Assembly (NCBI GenBank): GCA_043732185.1 | Contig: JAYTHY010000088.1 | Span: forward strand, 1-64,000 | Source of the DNA: Fibrobacteria bacterium | GTDB lineage: Bacteria; Fibrobacterota; Fibrobacteria; UBA11236 | Length of the DNA: 64,000 nt | Direction of reading: 5' to 3' | Part shown: positions 58,639 through 64,000 of the stretch, one piece after another | Layout: each line of letters begins with the position of its first letter | Numbering within the stretch: position 1 is the first letter of the stretch | Translations under genes and position numbers: made by a program | The notes under the pieces: model-generated | What the model was told of the DNA's origin: nothing | Seen by the model: only the letters and a program-made list of their open reading frames with translations | Database searches by the model: none

Positions 58639-59949
58639 TCAATGTTTCTGGCTTTTCCTATCGATGATATACCCTGGCGTAAAACCAACAGATTGACCAT
58701 GTGGTCGGTTTTTTCCAAGAGCATCTACAGTCGGATCTTGTCCTGGCCCATTCTGGCTTGCGCTGGCCAAGACAGGCTTCCCGTATCTGATTGTCGCGGT
58801 TTGATTGACAGTGATCTTCCAACTGATATCCTGTTGCAACAAATCCATTTTTCTCCTGACCCAATCCAAGCTATCAGATGGAAAGGAACCGGGCACACCC
58901 AGGGAATCCTTGCCGCGATCCGAATAGGCTTTTGTCAGAACAAAATCGTACGCATGGGCTCTTAGGGTATAGTCCCCGACTTTTGCAATGTATTTGGCAG
59001 GTATAAAAGTTCCTCCGGCATTTTTGGCTACCAATACGGAATTTAGGTACCAGTCCACCTTGATGACATTGGAATCGACCACATCCACTTTGATTTGAAC
59101 CGGGTTGACCAAGGTGGTTGTATTGGGTGTCCAATTGTCCAATGGGTCGGTCAAAGCATAAATATCCCAAACCACTTTTTCTCTACCGATGGGATCATGC
59201 GCCACCACAGGCTTCGCGCAGTAAACATCCGCCATCATTTCGCAATGCGTATTCAAAGGGCGGAAATAGATTGAGTTCTCGATTGGGTAAGCGCCTACCT
59301 TCAATTTATAGTAAGGCTCCGTATACCCAAGCCAATCGTCCCATTTGGATCCTGAGGCATCCGATGTGGCATTGGGCCAGGAGTTGCCACCGGCATTGGC
59401 GTAAACATCACCCAATCTATGCCAGCCATGGCCCATTTCGTGCGTGCCGATGGCCTCCGGTTCAGTATCCATAGTTAGACCTAATTTTTCGGAAGCTAGG
59501 CCGACATTGCCGCCTTCACCAGATCCATTTTCTGTTGCAGCATTGTGTGACACAATATATTTCGGTTCCACTTGCGGCACGAGCTGCGTGATGGTATTGA
59601 TATAGTATTCAAAATTCGTTCTATTCTGCAAGTTGTCGGTAGGCAAGGCACGGTAGTGGTTGACTCTGTAGATATTGAAGAATTTTCGATATCGAGAATA
59701 TTCGGGAACTTTGAAAAAAGCATTGATATGGTTTTGGATGGTGGTTTTCATGGCCGTCGCTTCAGAGGCCAACCAGCCGTCCCCAAGAAAAACGATGTCG
59801 ACCCGATTGGAGGATGGCCCGGAAAACTGAATGGTATCGACAGTAGGGCTTTGTGCGTGAAGGACGGCAGCGGACCAAAAGAGAAAGATTCCAATGCAAT
59901 TGACATTGATTCCCATGCAATTGTTTCGGCGTGAATTGAGTCTATGCAT
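58639..59949 (-). CDS. Secreted M64-family (IgA peptidase-like) metallopeptidase
   Basis: GPSSNRVDIVFLGDG, YSRYRKFFNIYRV, HEMGH...LGDVY, FRP...CEM. Confidence 0.8.
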   Translation of the reverse strand: MHRLNSRRNNCMGINVNCIGIFLFWSAAVLHAQSPTVDTIQFSGPSSNRVDIVFLGDGWLASEATAMKTTIQNHINAFFKVPEYSRYRKFFNIYRVNHYRALPTDNLQNRTNFEYYINTITQLVPQVEPKYIVSHNAATENGSGEGGNVGLASEKLGLTMDTEPEAIGTHEMGHGWHRLGDVYANAGGNSWPNATSDASGSKWDDWLGYTEPYYKLKVGAYPIENSIYFRPLNTHCEMMADVYCAKPVVAHDPIGREKVVWDIYALTDPLDNWTPNTTTLVNPVQIKVDVVDSNVIKVDWYLNSVLVAKNAGGTFIPAKYIAKVGDYTLRAHAYDFVLTKAYSDRGKDSLGVPGSFPSDSLDWVRRKMDLLQQDISWKITVNQTATIRYGKPVLASASQNGPGQDPTVDALGKNRPHGQSVGFTPGYIIDRKSQKH

Positions 59950-60044
59950 GGTTAGAGAATAAGGCCAATACCAGTCAAGTGCAGGAGGCCATTTAAAAAT
60001 AGGGTTACCAAAATGGAAACCCTTTGTACCGATAGTATTCGGTT

Positions 60045-62303
60045 TTATCGCATATTTATAAACGAGTACCTATGGATTTTACCGCTGCTTTGAACACGTA
60101 GGATGCATACTCCAATGGGAAGCTTTTCAAACTCAACTGTACAGACGCCCTGGGACGAAGCAATCCAGTGGCTGGGTATACTTTGCCCTTGAACTCCTAA
60201 AACCTCAATATTCTGAATTGAACCCATCCCGGCCACGTTGAGTTCAATACTGTTACCCATAATTCGGTTGATATGAGTTGTTTTTATGCGTTCGGTATTC
60301 CGGAGCGATACAGGTGTGGGTAGTTTTTTGAGTACCAGATAGTCCAAGCCAAACATGTGTTTCTTGACGGCGTTGGCGTTTGAGCCTTTAATCACAGCCT
60401 TGAAATAGTGTAGTCCTGCGGTCAAAGTTTTTTCGCCCAACGATACCTCCGGGGTGAAAAGGACGGTTGGCGAGTAGCAGTCAAAATCTTTTTTTAAAGC
60501 CACGCTGTCCAAGTACAAGTCAAATATTCCATAATCGTCTGCTTGCGTAAATTTACCTGCCAGAGAATAGGCGCCATTTTCAGGTACCATGATTTCCAGG
60601 GAAAGGGTATCGCCTGTCGTGCCGTCCATCCACCAGCGCTGGGCGCCAGCAGACCAGGGAAAGCTCCAGTTGCGTTGGACTTGGAGTTTGCCACCCGTGT
60701 TCTTTGCTTCCAAATCTTCCCCTTCGAAATAGGAATCGGTATCTGGCATGGCATACCAGAAATTATTTACAGCAAAATCGATGTCGCCAGTGGACCAGTC
60801 CAATATTTCAAGATTGAAATCCAAGGTATTATTAAAAGGAACTCCATCCAAATTCCTCGTTCTCCAATTCACCGTGTGACCGGCAGCGTTGTTGCCTGCT
60901 GCCAAGGGCTGGCCATGGAAAGGCGAAGTGAACGCATCAGGTTGGCCCCACGCATATCCAAAGTAATCCTCACTGCCGGTACCAAAAGTGGATGGAAAGG
61001 TTTCTTTGTCGACGAAGATTTTTTCATCACCTTCGCCCCACCAGCCGGTGTTCCTATTGTTAATAGTGAGAACATCGCCGGCATAAACACCCTTGCGGTT
61101 GCGTAAAAACAGATAATTCCATTCCACAGCATTGGCCCCGATTACGGGTATGTTCAACTCTTCCTTCCAACGCGAGTGGAAATACATGGAACGGTCCGTG
61201 TTCCAGGTCCATGGGCAAGTCAATAATTCCTCGATGGATGCCGTGACTTGACCGACGCCACGATACGACAATTCAAGCCGAAAGGCATTCTTGAACGGCA
61301 TAATCCAATAGCAAGTCAACGTGCCGTTGGCGGCAACCTCCGAATACCAGCCGCTTGTCACATTGAGGCCAAGGCCCGATGCGAAGAAATCACCTACTGG
61401 CACATCGGTAACCGTTATGCGGTTGTCGAAAAAAATCCGCAAGCGCGTGGACCTGAGCGCGTCTTGCATGTTAGGAGATTGCAGTTTGATCACCATTTTG
61501 CATACTGCTCCCGGGCCTGGTATATCGAGAGTTATTGGACCGCTCGAAGGGGTAAGCAATTTGTTCTGCATCCCGTGAGAGGTTGTGGCTGCAGGAATGG
61601 AGCTGGCGGGATTTTTCAGCGTCTGGTTCGCCTTGCTAATTTCAGTCTGGTACGTATTCAAATCCTGGAGAGAAAAAGTCTTAACTGTGGTGCTATCGGG
61701 GTATTCGCGGTAATTGATGTTGTACCAGAAGTTGATATTCGTAGCCTTTTCGCAGGTGATTTTGCACCCGCGTGCAAAGGGCATAGCCAAAGCATTGTTT
61801 TTACCGCGAGCGGTGATTTCCGAAAGCGGTTTTCCGGCCAGTCCGCTGACGAAAAAACTATCGATGGGCATGGTGATCGCTGGTGTTGCGGAGCCATCGA
61901 AATACACCCTTAGCGTTCCAGTCATCGGCTCTGCGCCACCGCACCACATCCGTACCAGCGCTCCGGGATGAGTCGTTTCCAGCATCACATTCTCAATGCG
62001 GCCGTTTGTTGTATCTGTCCGTATAAATTGACTCCAATCGTTGTTTGCATGCCACCCTGGGCCATTCCGCACCGTGGATATTCGGTCATAGCTGGAAGCC
62101 TGTAGGGAATTGAAAGCAGGCTGAGGAAAACTGGCAAGGGATCGATGGTCCGTCATTTCGTTCAGAAGGGTCGATAGGGTTATTTGTGCGGAGCTCGAAT
62201 TTTGAGTCAAGAACAGCAATACAAGTGTGGCTAAGTATGGGTAGATTCTTCTACCGGTTGGAAGGAACTTTTCCCTCCTGCCGGTGAATATTGGATATTG
62301 CAT
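60045..62303 (-). CDS. Secreted GH172 (DUF2961) glycoside hydrolase with C-terminal CBM-like and T9SS-CTD-like domains
   Basis: SSYDR, PGALVRMW, PVGDFF, WWGEGDEKIFVD, FGTGSEDYFGYAW; FEGE...GLDYL module; CTD-like tail. Confidence 0.88.
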   Translation of the reverse strand: MQYPIFTGRREKFLPTGRRIYPYLATLVLLFLTQNSSSAQITLSTLLNEMTDHRSLASFPQPAFNSLQASSYDRISTVRNGPGWHANNDWSQFIRTDTTNGRIENVMLETTHPGALVRMWCGGAEPMTGTLRVYFDGSATPAITMPIDSFFVSGLAGKPLSEITARGKNNALAMPFARGCKITCEKATNINFWYNINYREYPDSTTVKTFSLQDLNTYQTEISKANQTLKNPASSIPAATTSHGMQNKLLTPSSGPITLDIPGPGAVCKMVIKLQSPNMQDALRSTRLRIFFDNRITVTDVPVGDFFASGLGLNVTSGWYSEVAANGTLTCYWIMPFKNAFRLELSYRGVGQVTASIEELLTCPWTWNTDRSMYFHSRWKEELNIPVIGANAVEWNYLFLRNRKGVYAGDVLTINNRNTGWWGEGDEKIFVDKETFPSTFGTGSEDYFGYAWGQPDAFTSPFHGQPLAAGNNAAGHTVNWRTRNLDGVPFNNTLDFNLEILDWSTGDIDFAVNNFWYAMPDTDSYFEGEDLEAKNTGGKLQVQRNWSFPWSAGAQRWWMDGTTGDTLSLEIMVPENGAYSLAGKFTQADDYGIFDLYLDSVALKKDFDCYSPTVLFTPEVSLGEKTLTAGLHYFKAVIKGSNANAVKKHMFGLDYLVLKKLPTPVSLRNTERIKTTHINRIMGNSIELNVAGMGSIQNIEVLGVQGQSIPSHWIASSQGVCTVEFEKLPIGVCILRVQSSGKIHRYSFINMR

Positions 62304-62439
62304 GCTAACCCCTTTCTGCTGCCTTCAATTTAAGTCGGTCGGAGCTTTTGCTACTTCATTTTACGCATATAGCGTTCCGATTACACGGAACGGGTGAAGC
62401 GAGATCTCGAGTATTGATGTGAATGCTATATTTCCGGGC

Positions 62440-63618
62440 GTGAACAAACCACTCAGCTATGAAGATCGAGGTGCCTCAGCCGACAAGGGGGATGTGCATA
62501 AAGCCATTGCGGATGAGCATCCTGGACTGCATCCTGGTGCCTTTTGTAAAACCCTCCCGGATACCTTAACCGGCAGCCCAGAACATTGCCTAATCATCCA
62601 TGCCGATGGGGCAGGGACAAAGTCCATTCTGGCTTATTTGCATTGGAAGGAAACCGGGGATGTGTCGGCTTTCCGGGGTCTAGCCCAGGATTCCTTGATC
62701 ATGAATGTCGATGACCTTGCCTGCGTGGGCGCCTTTGGTCCGATGCTGCTTTCCAATACCATTGGACGAAATGCCAAGCTCATTCCCGGTGAGGCAATAA
62801 AGGAAATCATCACCGGATACCGGGATTGCATCGCCATGCTCAGCGCGAATGGTATTCATGTTGTGAGTGGGGGAGGAGAAACCGCCGATCTCGGGGATGT
62901 GGTCCGTACCTTGGTAGTCGATTCCACCTTGGTCGCCAGAGCTAAACGCAGCGACATTGTCAGTGGTGTAAAATTACGGCCAGGAATGTCCATTGTCGGT
63001 TTGTATTCAGGCGGGCGCGCCAGCTATGAGTCCAAGGAGAATTCCGGCCTCGGCAGCAATGGCTATACCATGCTTCGCCACGAATTTTTGTCGCCGCATT
63101 ACAAAGCCACCTATCCCGAAGTTTTTGCGCCGGAAATCGCCGCGCTAGCCTATATGGGCAAGTACCGACTGGGCGATTCCTTACCCGGTGGTTCCGGCAT
63201 GACCGTGGGAGAAGCCTTATTGTCCCCGACGCGGACCTATGCGCCGATACTCAAAAAAGTTATGGAAACCGTTGGCCCGAGGGTAGCGGCTATTTTCCAC
63301 AATAGTGGCGGGGGCCAGACCAAATGTTTGCGTTTTGGCAAGGGGTTGACCTATATCAAAGACTCGCTCTTTGCGCCCACGCCCGTTTTCAAAATACTTC
63401 GCGAGAATCCGGCGCTGTCCCCGCGTGAATTGTACCGCACACTTAATATGGGACATCGCATGGAGGTTGTGTGTGAGCCTGATGCTGTTGGTGCGGTCAT
63501 TGCCGCTTCGCAGTCTTTTGGCATTGATGCCAAAGTGGTTGGCCGCACCGAAGCTGCTTCTGGCGCCAATCGACTTGTGTTGCACGATGGGCAAGCGGAA
63601 TACACGTATACGCTTTAG
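62440..63618 (+). CDS. purM: Phosphoribosylformylglycinamidine cyclo-ligase (Bacteroidota-like type)
   Basis: RGASADKGDVH, HADGAGTKS, MNVDDL, GGETAD, GSNG, SPTRTYAP, HNSGGG, NMGHRME. Confidence 0.9.
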   Translation: MNKPLSYEDRGASADKGDVHKAIADEHPGLHPGAFCKTLPDTLTGSPEHCLIIHADGAGTKSILAYLHWKETGDVSAFRGLAQDSLIMNVDDLACVGAFGPMLLSNTIGRNAKLIPGEAIKEIITGYRDCIAMLSANGIHVVSGGGETADLGDVVRTLVVDSTLVARAKRSDIVSGVKLRPGMSIVGLYSGGRASYESKENSGLGSNGYTMLRHEFLSPHYKATYPEVFAPEIAALAYMGKYRLGDSLPGGSGMTVGEALLSPTRTYAPILKKVMETVGPRVAAIFHNSGGGQTKCLRFGKGLTYIKDSLFAPTPVFKILRENPALSPRELYRTLNMGHRMEVVCEPDAVGAVIAASQSFGIDAKVVGRTEAASGANRLVLHDGQAEYTYTL

Positions 63619-64000
63619 TTGCGTCTTGCCTCGGTGGATTCGGTGGTAGAAGGGAATAGATTCCATCTAAAAAGGTCCGGGAGAAAACGGCGACCAAGTA
63701 CATCGACACCGTTGGTTTTTTTAATGGGATGAGGAAACTCGGAGCTGATCCGTACCACTGTACTGATGCGCATGCGTCCGGGGATTTTAAGTTGGATCGA
63801 ATACAAGCCCCCGTCCCCGGTCATATACAGGATTGTATTAGCGGGTCCTCCGAACACACAGTTGTCGGCATTGCCTGTGGCTCCGGATCTTTTATCATAC
63901 ATACCGCTGGCAAAACTCAATCGGATGAATCCTAAGGAATCCCCGTTGGCGTTGAATACTTGGACCTCCCCTTTTTGATAGCTGGCGACATAATGGTTGC
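63615..64000 (-). CDS. SMP-30/gluconolactonase family protein, 3' part (runs off window)
   Basis: Frame open to the window end: NHYVASY...VQVFNANG..LGFI...NCVFGG...LYMT...LYSIQLKIPG, then a VDVLGRR tail. Confidence 0.8.
   Translation of the reverse strand, partial: NHYVASYQKGEVQVFNANGDSLGFIRLSFASGMYDKRSGATGNADNCVFGGPANTILYMTGDGGLYSIQLKIPGRMRISTVVRISSEFPHPIKKTNGVDVLGRRFLPDLFRWNLFPSTTESTEARRN

Noticed and set aside
1..64000. tRNA, rRNA, CRISPR arrays, riboswitches, prophage
   Set aside because: None recognised by eye; small structured RNAs in intergenic gaps cannot be excluded without an Rfam scan.

Overview
Bacterial chromosomal segment, most likely Fibrobacterota. This is inferred from a TIGR02147-family gene, FCB-type rplM-rpsI-rpsB-tsf-pyrH-frr gene order, a group II GGGP synthase, and secreted enzymes with short 'xxLGR' tails. 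The left edge (1-2.3 kb) is decayed accessory DNA: the end of an IS4-family element, a broken papain-fold-like gene and a possible degenerate attC. At 5.3-9.8 kb lies the most interesting locus: an ECF sigma factor, a Cys-rich lipoprotein RiPP-type precursor, a DUF692 (MNIO) enzyme and a DUF2063 partner, facing a DUF547 gene and a putative beta-barrel gene. All three transcription units carry the same motif, GAAACRT-N15-AGACWCA, which suggests one ECF regulon, probably for metal or envelope stress. The rest is mostly housekeeping: translation/isoprenoid operon, alaS, dnaG-rpoD-rel, fusA, murB, aroA, surA, ftsE and purM. Other points of note are apparent ATC (rpsI) and CTG (cdsA) start codons, many apparently leaderless genes, a minor-pilin cluster whose PilV-like subunit carries a 30-Cys domain, a DacB-DUF1460 fusion and a second small primase-like gene. 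No rRNA, tRNA or CRISPR array was recognised. All family calls come from motif recognition by eye, not from database searches.
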